Assembly (NCBI RefSeq): GCF_009834535.1
Contig: NC_045696.1
Location: 66,156,001-66,220,000, forward strand
DNA from: Camelus ferus
Taxonomy: Eukaryota
Length of the DNA stretch: 64,000 bases
Direction of reading: 5' to 3'
Positions 39,130-51,703 of this stretch are shown one piece after another. Made by a program: the position numbers and the translations under genes. The first letter of the stretch is position 1. Each line of letters begins with the position of its first letter. The notes below the pieces were generated by a model that saw only the letters and a list, made by a program, of their open reading frames with translations, had not been told where the DNA came from and did not search any database.

Positions 39130-39335
39130 CACATCACTATATGTGAAAAGTGGATAAGCAGCAAGGACTTACTGTACAGCACAGGGAACTCTATTCAACT
39201 TCTCGTAATGGGCCATAATGAAAAAGAAACTGAAAAAAATACATATGTACGTGCAGAACTGAATTGCTTTGCTGTACACCTGAAACTAACATTGTCAATT
39301 GACTACACTTCAATAAAAAATAAGAATAAGATTTT
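39130..39335 (+). mobile_element. Cetartiodactyl-type L1 3' end
   Basis: gcaaggacttactgtacagcacagggaactctattcaa...gctgtacacctgaaactaacattgtcaattgactacacttcaataaaaaa. Confidence 0.85.
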
Positions 39336-39454
39336 CTCAGACCAGGTAAAGCATCTATTTGACGTACCCCCTCTCTCCATCTGAGTTTTATCTGAGTCTC
39401 AACAAAGGGGCAAGGTTATGGAGTAAACAGCAGCGCTGAATGAAGAGGGAGGAC

Positions 39455-39710
39455 TGAATATTTATTTAGGGCCTTTCTGGTGGGCCCTTATGTGTAGGGA
39501 CTTCCTATACTTAACCTCACTTTAACCTCTCTAATATAAGTAAATGTACCGCTATAGGCATAGATAAAGATGTACATATCCGTCTAACTACGAGACAGCC
39601 AGAGCGTGCATCTGACCATTTCACAGATGAGGAAACTAAGTCTGGGCAGGCTAAGCAGGCCGCATTTAAGGTTCAAACCCAACTCTGACTCCAAAGCCAA
39701 CCCACTTTTC
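39455..39710 (-). mobile_element. MIR SINE
   Basis: ccatttcacagatgaggaaactaag...ggttcaaacccaactctgactccaaagcc. Confidence 0.75.
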
Positions 39711-40489
39711 ACTTCATACCAACTTTATCCATTCAGCCCCCAGCCCCTGCCATTGTCTCACACTGTAATTGGAAAACTGAAGTTTAATTTTCCAGAAAAG
39801 TGCTATTTAGTGTGTATTACCACTCTCGTGTCCATCGTTTCTCTAGGTTGAAAGAACTCCTATTTCAGTGAGAGCTAAGCTTCTTCCACGGGCACTAAAT
39901 TAGCTCAAAAGAAGAAAGTAGAAAATATGCACTCATAATGCTCAAATCCAAATTAAAGCCAAATATTGTATCCCTTTATTTCTCTGTAGAAGATTATGGT
40001 GATTAATGAGGATACAGAGCTTGCTTTATAGAAAAAAAAAAAAGCTCTTTTTTCATTGCCCAAACAATAAGTGTCAGTGTGCCTAACTCAGCTGCCTGTT
40101 AACTCCTCCCACCCCCAAACCTGAATCCTAAGGGAGAGAACAGTGTGTAGGTTGCGGGAATGTGTCCGAACCACATCCTTAAGGACACAGAAGGTGTCTT
40201 GACAGATCTGACTCCTAGTGCAGTGCTCACTTGTGATTCTCATTGAGGCCAGGAGGCTACGTGATACCCGGGTTTTATGATGCTCCACGTGCCAGGACAT
40301 GTGGATGACTCTGTGGAAGGAAGAATCCAGATCTACTTGGTTTTACGTGGCATCTGGACAGGCACAGATTCATAGAACACTGTGCCTTAGAGAGTACCTT
40401 GTCCAAATTCCTCCTCCTAGAGGTGAGAAAAAGGACTTTTAGAGAAGGAAAAAAAGACACTAACCAGTACCAGGGCTGTTGGGCTGAAT

Positions 40490-40690
40490 GACTGAAGGAA
40501 AAAAGCATAACCTTGGAGTTAGAAAGCTAGGCTCCAAGTCCCAGCTCCGTTATTTGCTGGCTGTGTGGCCTTAGCAAATATCTCACCTTTTAGACTCAGG
40601 ATGTAAAATGTTGTTGACAATATTTGCCGTGATTACTTCAGATTATTGTAAGAAAGAAAAAATGCTTGTGTGCATGTGTATATAGACTAT
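40490..40690 (+). mobile_element. MIR SINE
   Basis: ttggagttagaaagctaggctccaagtcccagctccgttatttgctggctgtgtggccttagcaaa. Confidence 0.75.
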
Positions 40691-42079
40691 AACGAGCCTT
40701 TTGAGGGCTTCAAGTTCTGCATAAACAAAAACTGTTACCTTGAACCTAGGTCTTCCGCTTTCTAATCCACTATTGATTTGGGCATGCAGTTGAATATCAC
40801 TGCAGTTGTTATTCACAATGAGAGTTAAAATCCCCACGTGCCAGACTCGTGACAAATGTATGGGCATCTGATACCTACCAAATGCCGGATGACATGGGTT
40901 TTATTATACTCTTTTTACAGATGATGGGAATAAAGTAGAGATAGACCAAGTAACTTGTCCAATGTCAAACCCAGGGATGTTGGTCTGATGCTAAAGCCCA
41001 CGATGTCACACAGCCACAGCTTCAGGTCACCATGGCATCTAACCACAACTGGCTTAAGGAGCCACGTTATCTATGAAAGGAACATTTCCAGATATCAGAG
41101 AACTGACTGGCTCTCTTTTTTGTTGTCTTTCTTTAGCATTGATTGGGAAAAGAAGCAGATAGTGTAATCATATGAACTTATGTGCCAGACAGGAAGAAAC
41201 CACAGGCATCTCCTAGATATAAACTAGACATAAAAGGTCACCTGTCCTTATGTCCAATTATGTTAAATAATAGCTAGCCTGGTATGAATTCTTCACCGCC
41301 TTTAGAAGTTGAGATCGAAGCTCATAGCAGCTGCCCACTTCCCTGGCAACTTCCTATTTTCTTTCAGGTAATTTATTTATGACACTTGACATTAACTGTA
41401 CTGTCAATATATGTAAGCATGAACTTCAGTGTCGTCCTTCAGTGTGTTTGCTGCAAACTGCCCTGTATTATTAGGATAAAACTGTCTTTTTCCATCATTG
41501 AGCCAGTGATGTCTAACCTCCGTAGAGTCTGTGACTCCTTATCATTTGTCTGATTTTGTGACTACAAAGTTAAAAAAAAAATTATCAAGTTACCTTATTA
41601 TTCTGTAGTGATGGCCTCTGAGATAATTCATGATATGATAAAGTATGAGAAAACTGGAAAGCCAGTGCTGGGTGTCCCTGGCACAGCATGAATCCCTCAT
41701 CTGTTTGAGTCTGCATCTCTTATGTATAGGGCACCGTGCCCTCAGGTGTTTAGGCGCTAATTAGGGACTTGCACAAGAACACAAAGGGGCAAATTACTGG
41801 TCCACAGTTTAAAAGATATACATACATGTATATATTTAAAAATCACAATAGAGATAGAAAGATGTTATAAGCATTTAAAGGGATCCCAAAGATTGGGAAG
41901 AATCAAGAAAGGATTTGAGTAGCAGGTTTGGGAGGGTAAGAGGGGGGAAAGGAGAAGCAGCTGAGGTGGTGTGGTGTGAGGATACAGGGAGGGGACAGTC
42001 ATGAATCTAGTTATTCTCGTCCTCAGGTCTGACAGTGTGGTGTCTAGTTAAACGTGGTCCAGTAGACCAAACAACTTTG

Positions 42080-42235
42080 TGCTCAGGAACACACTCATTC
42101 TAATTCTCACTAATTGGATAACTGTGGGCAATTCTCTAAGTCTCTTGGAGCCTCAGTTCTTTCATCTGTAAAAGGCAGGCAATAATATGTATCTGAGAGT
42201 TATTTTTATGCTTAAATGAAATGACAGAAGTACAT
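42080..42235 (+). mobile_element. MIR SINE
   Basis: gggcaattctctaagtctcttggagcctcagttctttcatctgtaaaagg. Confidence 0.75.
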
Positions 42236-44149
42236 GCACCAGTGAATGCTGATTTCCCTCGTCCTCCTCTGTTTGACCAGAAAATAGATTTCTTGGCATG
42301 AAACAATCAGGGTATTTTCTTTTTATTCTCCTTTCCCTTTTTAGCCTTGACTTTTACAAAGAGATGTGGTGATGGGATTTCAGAGTTGAAAGGAATCTTA
42401 AACAAAAATAACAATGTATTGTAGTGGAGGAAGCTTCGAGATCAACTAGAGAAGCCCCTTCACATTCAGGCCCCAAAGCAGAGAGACTCTCCACTGACAA
42501 GGCAGGGTGATGCCAGAATCAGATCGGCAGGACCTGCACAAGGTCAGGTCCCTCCTAGCTCTGAAATGACAGGCAGAAAGGCATCCCAGCATCAGTACTT
42601 GCTTTGTGCTACGTGACAAGGTCCTGCTATTCAACCTCGCTGAGACTCAGTTGCCTCAAAAAAAAAACAAACCAGGATGACTGCAAGGACTGAACGAGAT
42701 GCTCTAGGCACTCAGTAGGAGCCACAATGGAGTTCAGCAAAAGGGTCACTATTAAATTTTGATTTTTACAACTGAACAAAACTCATAAATCGAAAGAACT
42801 GATGGCAGAAGAAAGAATTCCTGTTTCTGAAATGCCTCCTATGAGTAAGGGGCTGAGAAGGAGACTGGAGCTTCTAGGTAGGTGCCAGTGTTCCTGTTCC
42901 CCAGTCAAGGAGACTGAGGCCCATGTCAGAGTGACACCTTGCCTGCAGGTACCGCCAGACGCTGAGACTCCACACTGTCACAGCTGTGAGAGCTAGTCGG
43001 AACACAGTTAGGCCACAAGGTCTCCTCCAACCCCGGCAGGGTAAACCATGCCTTCTCACTTTCAAAGAAGGAGAGAGAAAAAAAAGGAAATGAGTAGCTA
43101 ACCTGATTTAATCCCCCAAAATATCAGATACCAAATGTTCTGTAGCCTTCCTGTTCTTTGGGGTTTTTATTTCTCCCATAGAACAATTTCCAAAATGGGC
43201 GAAGATCACGGTAGGTGGCTCTCTTTCATATTTCATGGGCAAGGCACAAGTGACTCACCAGATCCTACATCTGTGTCACCAGCAAAAGCCTGACAAGGTT
43301 GAGCAACAAATGAAACTGTGTGTATGTTGGAGGTAACCTTTTTTTTTTTCCTACCTCTCCCTCTGATTTTCTCCAGCTACATTCTGCTTTTCTAACTGCG
43401 CCAGGTAAGGTGATGCTGACTGCCTACTTTTTGGCAAAAGCAAACATATGCTTTCAAGTGCCAAAAGCAAGGAGCAAAATGTTTCTCCCCAAACTGTATC
43501 TGCCAGCCTGTCTGCTTGCTGCGAAGCAGAGAAATCTGATGGCTTGTGGGGAGCCTCAACAGATAAATGGCCCCATTGCCTGGGCTGGAAACAGATCTGT
43601 TCATTTTCCTACATAAGCCTGCAGCCACCGGTTTCCACAGAGAGGACTGAAACTCCAGACCAGTGGTCAGCCTTGCCAGTGAGCAGTGGTCTTTTCTGCA
43701 AATGCTGTATCTGCATACTGCTCTCGATATTCCATCCTTTACCCTCGGAATTGGTAAAAGAAGAGAAAAATACTGTGGTCACTCATGACATTTATTCCTC
43801 AATCATCTTAATACCCTGAGTATTAGCATGAGGATGGCAGAGGGAAGGGAACCACTCAGAACAGGAAGAAAAATATGACATAATTCTGAACTTTATAGTC
43901 TTCATCATACGCCTCCTCCTAGGAATTGAAGGTGCATTACCTCAAATGCAGGAGAGTGGGAAGGCTGCCCTGGGAGATCACTGCTTTGAAACTACCTCCC
44001 CTGAGGGCTGGCCCCACTGAACTCTACAGAGCATAGTTTGCTACCAAAGAAATACCCTCTTTGGGACAGAAAGGATACCCTGCAATCACCAAACAGATAA
44101 AATCAGCCTAACAACTGAAGTACATTGTTAAAGATCTCATTGGAGAGAT

Positions 44150-44625
44150 GACCGAGTGTGATGGGAAAAGCCCTTAACTAGAAGTCAAAATGTGTGAACC
44201 ATATTCCCAAGGGTGAAACTTACTAACCACGTGACCCTTGGCACCCTCTCATTTCTCTGACTCTCATTCAATTTTCTTCTCAATAAACTGAGATTAGCTA
44301 AGGAAGAGCTATCAACCTACTCACTACATGCATTTTACATTATTCCACTTAACTTAATCCTCACATGAATCCTCAGGGTAAGTATCTTTTTCACTTTAGA
44401 ATTGGATCAAATGGAAACTCTAAGTGGTGAAATAAATTGCTTACTATTACCCGTCTATGTAGGAAACAGAGCTGGAATTTGAATTTGACCACAAAATAAT
44501 TTTTTTCCATACTTCATCATATCATTATATTATCCTTCCACTATTAATATGCCCACCATGTCCTTCTTTCAAGGCTATTGCAGGTAACAAGGAAAATAAT
44601 ATGTATTAAATACACTGTGGACATT
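44150..44625. mobile_element. Plus-strand MIR interrupted by a minus-strand MIR (~44310-44520)
   Basis: 5' half cttactaaccacgtgacccttggc; inverted copy ttaatcctcacatgaatcctcagggtaagta...agagctggaatttgaa; 3' half aggctattgcaggtaacaaggaaaataatatgta. Confidence 0.6.
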
Positions 44626-45759
44626 TTAAAGTTCTCTCTCACTCTTTCTCTCTCTATATATGTAATATATAATCTCAATAAGGAAGAAAGGTATAACTGA
44701 ATAGTCTTTCCTTAAAGAACCAGAACTAAAAGGAATTAGCTTTCATTTTCCCATTCCCTTGTTCCGACCTTATTTTGAACAATTTCCTTTTCCCCACAGT
44801 CTCTCAGGCATGCGTTCAGATGTATCCTGGCCAGCTCATCACAATGCATGCACATGGAACAGGCTGACGGAAGCAAATGATCCCATCCTCTGCAAATGCC
44901 TGGTGCGGGAGGGACCTAAGAGGGTACCACCGAACACCTCCCTTTCCTCAAGATGTATCACACCTCCGTCCTGCATACATCAGCATCACAGGCATATGGG
45001 ATGGACTGTGAAGCAGGCAGCTAACTATAAATACTGGATGCTCAGTTCAGGGACTTATGGCATAGCCAGGAGATAATAATAAATAATTGTATGAAGTCAA
45101 TCAGAATAAAATCAATTGTTACAAGCTGGATGGAGGAATATAAGGGACACTAGTGCATTTTAAAATACCAATAATACCAATAATAAAAGAAGACTAGTGT
45201 GGCCACATGTGAATATTTATGTTTAAAAAAGGTAAGTTTGTATCCAGAAGGGACTGAATTTAGCAGCATCACTGTATAAACCAAAAAAATACATGGGGAT
45301 CTTATTGTTTTCCTATACTAGCTGAAAAATATAAATCTGCTTATCTAAACTGAGACAGCAGGAATAAAAGGCTTCGAACAGTCTGCAACATAGATGGAAC
45401 TTCCAACTTCTCCTCCTGCCTTACTACCTACCGCTCATCAAACTCAAGACCCTTTTTGCCAACAAAGGATGCCTCAGATCAAAGTTTCACAGACCTGAGG
45501 CTTCCTGAGGCTTGTCAGGGACTAGCATCACTGAGAAACATTTTATATTCCAAGTCAAGCATCTATGATCAAAGTCACATGTAGAGGGCATTCAGAAAAC
45601 ACTATAAAAGAGCTATGCAAACTCCAAAGAAGGAAACACCACAACATTCAGATTTAAAAAAAAAAGTCACTCTATCTGAAAAACCAGCCTTCTAAGAACC
45701 CACTGTCTCCAGGGTTACTGCGTAGTAATGTTTACAATTGTTGTCATCAGTGTCAAACT

Positions 45760-45990
45760 GGCCATGTGTCAGAACAGGCAATGTGCTAACCGTGTTATTT
45801 GTTACCCATTTCATCCTCCCAAGTGCCTTAAGGACTTGTGACCATTAGAATCTCCATTGTACTGCTGGGGAGAAAAAAAAAAAAAAAAACACCGGAGTAT
45901 CAGAAAAATTGGATAACTTGCCCAAGTTCACATAGATAATGTGCAGAAGAGCTGGAGTCAAAGCCAGGTAAATCCTCCTCCTCAGCCGGG
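45760..45990 (-). mobile_element. MIR SINE with internal poly-A
   Basis: ataacttgcccaagttcacatagataatgtgcagaagagctggagtcaaagccagg. Confidence 0.7.
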
Positions 45991-46639
45991 AGCTAACCTG
46001 AGCTCTGCGGAGCAGCGCCCAGTTTCACAATTTCACAACTAGGGGGTGGAGGCAAGGAAGGCTGGGGACTGGCTCTTAAAGGAAACGACAGAAGTTTGCT
46101 TTTATGTTTGTGATTTTTCTCTTTAACTCAGCTTCCTTGTTCTCTCCCAGGACTTAGAAGCGAGAGGAGCTATGGCTGCGGGAGGTCACCCAGTCCTGTA
46201 TGAGAAGCATCCTGTCTCCCACAGGACCGCCAGGGCTGGCAGACCTGCGGGAGATAGACTGGATTGCTTCTCCGGGGCTAGAAAGATCACTGTACCGCAC
46301 GAGATGACTGGCGCCCACGCGTCCCTCACCTCTCCAGCGACTCCACCAAGAGTCTGATGGACACCCTCGGCGGGGCATCTTTCTGAGAAAACAGGTCAGG
46401 GGAAGAGAGAGAGAAGCTGCAAGCAGTCTGTACCCAGGCTGCCACAGGTCCAGGCCGGAATGGACGTGATACCCAGTGGGCACGCTGGGACACACTGCCC
46501 CCTTCTATCCTCACCGTTCACAGCAGCACTCTGGAGAAACCAAGGCGCGGGTCTAGCAGGGTAAATCCTTTAAAGAGCTGGGAGAGGGGTACAGCTACGC
46601 GCAGCCATCCCAAGACCGCGTTACTTAGATGCCTACAAA

Positions 46640-46795
46640 GATGGGGCTCTGGACAGTGGGTTCGAGTCCTGGCCACAGCACAAACTAGCTGATCTATCCC
46701 AGCCGCTGCCTCTCTCTGTGCCTCAGTTTGCCCTTCTGGAAAACAGGGTTGAAGGAGACGATCTGTAAGAATCTTTCCACCCTGAGATTCTGTAG
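46640..46795 (+). mobile_element. MIR/MIR3 SINE adjacent to the exon 1 donor
   Basis: gggttcgagtcctggc...cctctctctgtgcctcagtttgccc...atctttccaccctgagattctgt. Confidence 0.7.
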
Positions 46796-47530
46796 ATCGG
46801 TGATCCCCCGAGCCCTCATCGCCGTGAGAGACTCACCTTTCTTGGGAAGCAGCGCGGGCGCAGCGAAGGCAGTGGGGATGGGTGCCAGATCGCCCAGCAC
46901 TGCTTCTTTCGGTGCGCCTGGCCAAAGCGGAGCTCCGGGGACCCCGATCCGGCCAGTCTTCCCGCAGTGAGCCTCTTACTTTCCGCCGCACTTTCTTTTT
47001 TCCCCCTTTGGGGCTCCTCCCCCGGCGCGGCGCGATTGGCCGCCGCCACGCGGGTCCGGCTCCTCCCGCCGCCTCGGCTCTCGCCAGCCGCCCGCTCTCA
47101 GAGCTTCCCAGAGCCGAGGCCGCGGGGCGGCACCGAGAGCAGCCCCGCCCGCGGCGAGGAGGAGCCGCGCCGGGCCCGCCGCCCGCCGCCCCGAGGCCGC
47201 GCTAGGCCCTTCGGCGCCCGGCCTCCGCCTGGGCCGGCTGGGGCGCGCAGGGAGGGAGAGCGCGGGACCCGGCAGCTCGGCGCGCTGCCCGGCGCTCCGG
47301 GCAGATGCGCCCCGGCTGTACACACTTGCGCTCATTGCCGGATCCTGGGCTGACAGTTGAGATCGCTACCACCCTTGCCTTTTCTTCCCGGCTCTGTGTA
47401 TTTAGCTCACTGCACCAAGGCCGTGAAGCAACTCAGGCCTCAGGATTTGCGCCCCGACCTTGTGCCGAGCCCAGAGCGCGACAGGAAGAAACAGACTCGG
47501 TCTCGGTGGTCCGGAACTCCTGCTCCGCTA
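46790..47530. promoter_or_regulatory. IL1RAP: CpG island / IL1RAP promoter with CCAAT and GC boxes
   Basis: Sharp GC- and CpG-rich segment in an AT-rich window; minus-strand CCAAT (attgg 47035-47039); several ccgccc/gccccgccc Sp1-type boxes at ~47085-47195; no evident TATA. Confidence 0.9.
46837..47010 (-). other. IL1RAP: IL1RAP non-coding exon 1 (5'UTR); 5' boundary approximate
   Basis: Minus strand aaagggggaaaaaagaaagtgcggcggaaagtaagaggctcactg...gcttcccaagaaag|gtgagt has a consensus donor at 46836-46831, lies in a CpG island and closely resembles the recalled human IL1RAP mRNA 5' end. Confidence 0.88.
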
Positions 47531-48489
47531 CAAGTGACAGTCATGGGAACAGACAACTGTTCATGACAGCGAGACGGAATCTGTTATTTTCCCTGGGGTA
47601 CACCCAGTGTGCCTAGTACAGCGCCGGGCGCAAAGGAGGTGCTCAGTACATGTATACTGAATGCGTGAATGAATGAAATAATCGTTACAGAAGCAAACAA
47701 TCTCAAAAGAATCAGTCCCTTTCACAAACTCCCGTTTCTCCAGATCTCCACAAGAACTCTCAGACACCCTCTCCCACTCTAGATGACAGTCTGCCTAGTC
47801 ATCGTGAGAAGCTTTACAATGGCTTTCAACTCCTTTGCTCAAGAATCTTCTGTTGTTCTCTATTGGTAATCCAGCACGATTTCTTCCTGGTTGTCAAAGC
47901 CCTTCATCGTCCCCATTTCTGAGACTCTCTGACAAAGGCCCTCTACCAAGTTCATTTGTCTCCTTCCACGTGCTTTACTCACCACCACCTCCTTGACTTT
48001 CCTTCTGCTCTTAGAGTTGAATCTTATTTATTTATTCAAGAAATTGAGATCCAAAGAAAGCAATTAAAGAGAAGGAAAAAAAAAAAAGACATAAAAGAAA
48101 GTCCTGGTGAATTAGCATGTGGAGCTAGGAGGCACCACTCTCTTAAGTACTAAGGACTAAAGATGGACATCAGTGCAAAACTCAGACACTGTCCCTACCG
48201 TCACAGGGTTTAACTCCCCAAGCTAAAACAACAGTATAATTGAAGCTGTAGCAATGTTCATGTTGTTGCGTTTACTGATATCACTTATGGAAATTAATCC
48301 TGAGAAATTTATTGTCTCAAGATAGTTGGCACACAGTACATACACACACCACGGTTACTAAAACAAAAAAGAAACAACCCCAAATTTTAAAAGTTTACTG
48401 CATGAAGCAGAAATAAAACTGTTCTTTGATTTCTTATTCACTCATTAAATATATTTCAGGGCATCGATTTTTGTTTTCCTTACATAATA

Positions 48490-48710
48490 CATTTACCAAG
48501 CACTTATGTAACGTGCTCACAATGTAGCAGGCATTTTGCATGTATTAGGTAATTTAATTCTCACAATAATCTAGAAGGTACTATTATTATCTCCAATTTA
48601 TAGATAAGACATAGGGAAGCTGTGTCTTGCCCAAGGTCACAAGCTTACAAGATGAGAATGCAAAATGAGAACTGGAGCAGTCTTCTTGCTCTTAACCACT
48701 TCACTAGATT
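48490..48710 (-). mobile_element. MIR SINE
   Basis: atttaattctcacaataatctagaaggtactattattatctccaatttatagat...cttgcccaaggtcaca. Confidence 0.8.
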
Positions 48711-49379
48711 GTCCGTGTGCTTCCTAGAAGTCCCTGACTCTGTGCCAGACACATGCTGGTGATTCAGAATTGAACCAAATGTAATCTTGGACTTTCAGGA
48801 GCTACTCATAGTTTAAGCACAATGACAGGCATATAGACAAGTAATCACAGTATTATATATCGTAATTTGAAGATAACATAAATGACTGGGAATGAAAATG
48901 ATTAGATAACTGATGCTGTATATTCACACAACAAAGCATTTGCTGTCATGACGAACATATTATGAAAAATGTCTACAAAGGAAAAGGCTGACAACGTAAG
49001 ATTGTGTAAAAGGTATGAAACATATAGACAGTAGTTGAAAGGAATGTAGAAAATGTTAATGTGTCAGAATTATCAGAGTATTTTTCCTTTTTAAATTTGC
49101 TTAATGGTAAATGTTATTGTAACAACAGAGAAAAAATATTTTGAAACTAACAAACTAGGCCTTCAATGAACAATTTTGGCCCAAATGAATGAGTGAATGA
49201 GGCTGCAAACTCATTGGTATCAGTGCCTACCAGTTCTGTGTGCACAAGAGATGCTCAAAAATTGATTAGATATTTGGAAAAGCATTATTACTCTCTTCTC
49301 CCCTCTGCTACTACCTTCTACCTTTTTTTTCAGGTTATCTTGAATCATTTTGCAATAGTTGTAAAGGGGGCCTCAGAGT

Positions 49380-50905
49380 TTTGCTTTTCCCTTGAACCCA
49401 GTCCAAGCAGACTTTTGTCCCTAACCTCCATAGTCAAGGTTATCTAGTGACCTTCACTCTGCCCAAGGCAGCGGCCAGTTCTTGGTCTTCATCTTACTTG
49501 AACCTACTTAGCAGCATCAGACATAGTTGTTCAGTTCCTCCTTCAAACTCCTTTTTACTTGACTCCTTGTTTTCCATCGATTTCATCTGCTGCTCCTTTC
49601 TAGACTTTTTCATTAGATCCTTTACCTCTTCTGATCTTTGCAAATTAGAATGTCCCAGAGCTCAATCCTTGGTGTACTTACATTCCCTCCCTAGGGGATC
49701 TCATCTCAGACATCTGTATGATAAAAACTTGCAAATTGAAATCTATAGTAGGAACCCCTGACTCTGTTTACCTTATTGCTTCCTTCCTAGTTCTTCTTAG
49801 ATGTTTCATACACATTTCAAACTTCACACTTTCAAAACAAACACTTTATGTTTACCCCTCACCAAACCACCTCCTCCCTCAGTTTTCTCAGCTTTGTAAG
49901 AAGTATTACCTTTTACCCAGTTGCTAGGGCCAGAGAGTTGGCTTTCATGGTTGATGCTTCTCTTTCTCTCAGAGCTCATAAGCAATCCATCAGCATATCT
50001 GTTTCCTTAACATTCAAAACACAACTCAAATCTGACCACTATTTCTTTCCTCACCACAACCAGCAAAGTCCAAGTCACTATCCTCTCCCCCGTCACTGGT
50101 CCCCTGTGCTTAAATTCGTGTCCCCCCAAAGTCTTTCCCCACACTTCAGAGTGATTCTTATAAACGGAAATCAGAATAAATGCAGGCTAGTGGTTGAGGT
50201 CAAGCACCTCTGAGCTAGACTACTTGGGTTCAAGTTCACCTTCTATAACATATTAATATAACATTCATGCTACTTAACTTCTTTGTAGTTCAGTTCTCAA
50301 TTTCATCATCTATAAAATAACACTGAAGATAGTATCTACACCATAGGGTTGTAAAATTAAATGAGTGAATATAAGAAAAACACTTGGAAAAGAGACTGGC
50401 ACATATGCAGTCCTATGTAAGTATTAATTATTATTTCCACTAGTAATCTTATGACATATTCCACTCTCAGATAATTAGTGATTAGTCATCATGATTAAAA
50501 ATATTTCTAGGCAAGGTCTTGAATTGACACTGACTTGACACTGACTTGACACTGGATTACTTCCTCAAATCTCTCACCGTGTGCTCCTTGCAGTTTCCCC
50601 AGAGCACTAACATGGTCCCAGGCAGGGGCCTTTGCACCTGCTGTTCCCTGTGTCTGGATGCTCTTCCTCATGGCTTGCTCCCTAACTTCATTTACATCCC
50701 TGCTCAACTGTCGCCTTCTCATCGAAGCCTATCCTGACAACTATATCAAATCCCACTCCTTTCATTCCCTATTATGTCACATTTCAATGGATTTGTTTAT
50801 TGACTGTTTCTTCCACTAGAATGTAAGCTCCAGGGGGGTAATATGTTGTCTCCCTAGCAAATAGGCAGTATTTGCAATTGTACTCATTTAATAAACATTT
50901 GTTGA
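49380..50905 (+). mobile_element. L2 LINE (~1.5 kb) with a nested MIR
   Basis: tcaaggttatctagtgacctt...tcttacttgaacctacttagcagcatcagaca; 3' end ttccactagaatgtaagctcca...taaacatttgttgaa. Confidence 0.85.
50185..50432 (+). mobile_element. MIR SINE inserted in L2
   Basis: ctctgagctagactacttgggttcaag...catagggttgtaaaattaaatgagtgaat...ctggcacatatg. Confidence 0.8.
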
Positions 50906-51703
50906 AGTAGGGATCTGGTTGAAGTAGGGATCTCTCATTGTTAAACTGAGACCCAAAGATATTAAGTAACTAATTTCTTGCCCCCACCATTGCTTTACCC
51001 TTTTTGCCAGGCCAGAATAATTGGAAGAGAAGAAATATAACAATAAATAGCTTTTCTTGGCTGGGACCAAGGTAAAGAAAGTTCAGTACAGAGACATTTT
51101 ACTTTAAATTTTTGGAAGGAAGGCGAAGAGCAGGACTGAGCCAAAAGGAAAAATGTGAGAAAGGGAAAAAATAATTACGTCACCCTCCATTCCCTTGTAT
51201 GTTCCCACCTTTTATACTTCTCTGCCCTTTTTGCTTCCATCCCCACCCAAGCCACGAGGTGCTCTCAGCTGTCCACAGCCCCCTGTAGGACTCAATCAGG
51301 CATTTCCTCACTCCCCGACAGTGCCCCATGTTTCCAAGTCATCTCTCCCTCTTCCTCCTTTCTGCCTCTGTCCCCTTCAGTTTGGTTCACCAGGAAAACA
51401 AGCAGATCGAGCCAAGTCATGTTAAGGTGAAGATTCCTAAGAACTCAGCCCTGTCTTGTCAGAGGTGGATGCTCATGTGCCCAGACACATACATCTAACA
51501 ACTGAAACCCTGAGTGCTTTCGAAGAGGACATTTGGCTATGCAGTGGGAGGCTTTCTTCATTCATATCCTCAACCTAGCAGGCTATGTTAAGTGCCGCCC
51601 TGAGAGATGAAAAGTGAAAAGGGAACTCTGCATCCTGTCCGGAACTCTCTTTGCACAGGAGTGGAGGTGAACTCCAGCAATGGGGGCTTCTCCCACATGG
51701 AGG

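Noticed and set aside
46694..47616. Many overlapping Pro/Arg/Gly/Ala-rich ORFs on both strands
   Set aside because: Expected from stop-codon scarcity in a CpG island; IL1RAP exon 1 is non-coding and no ORF resembles a known protein.
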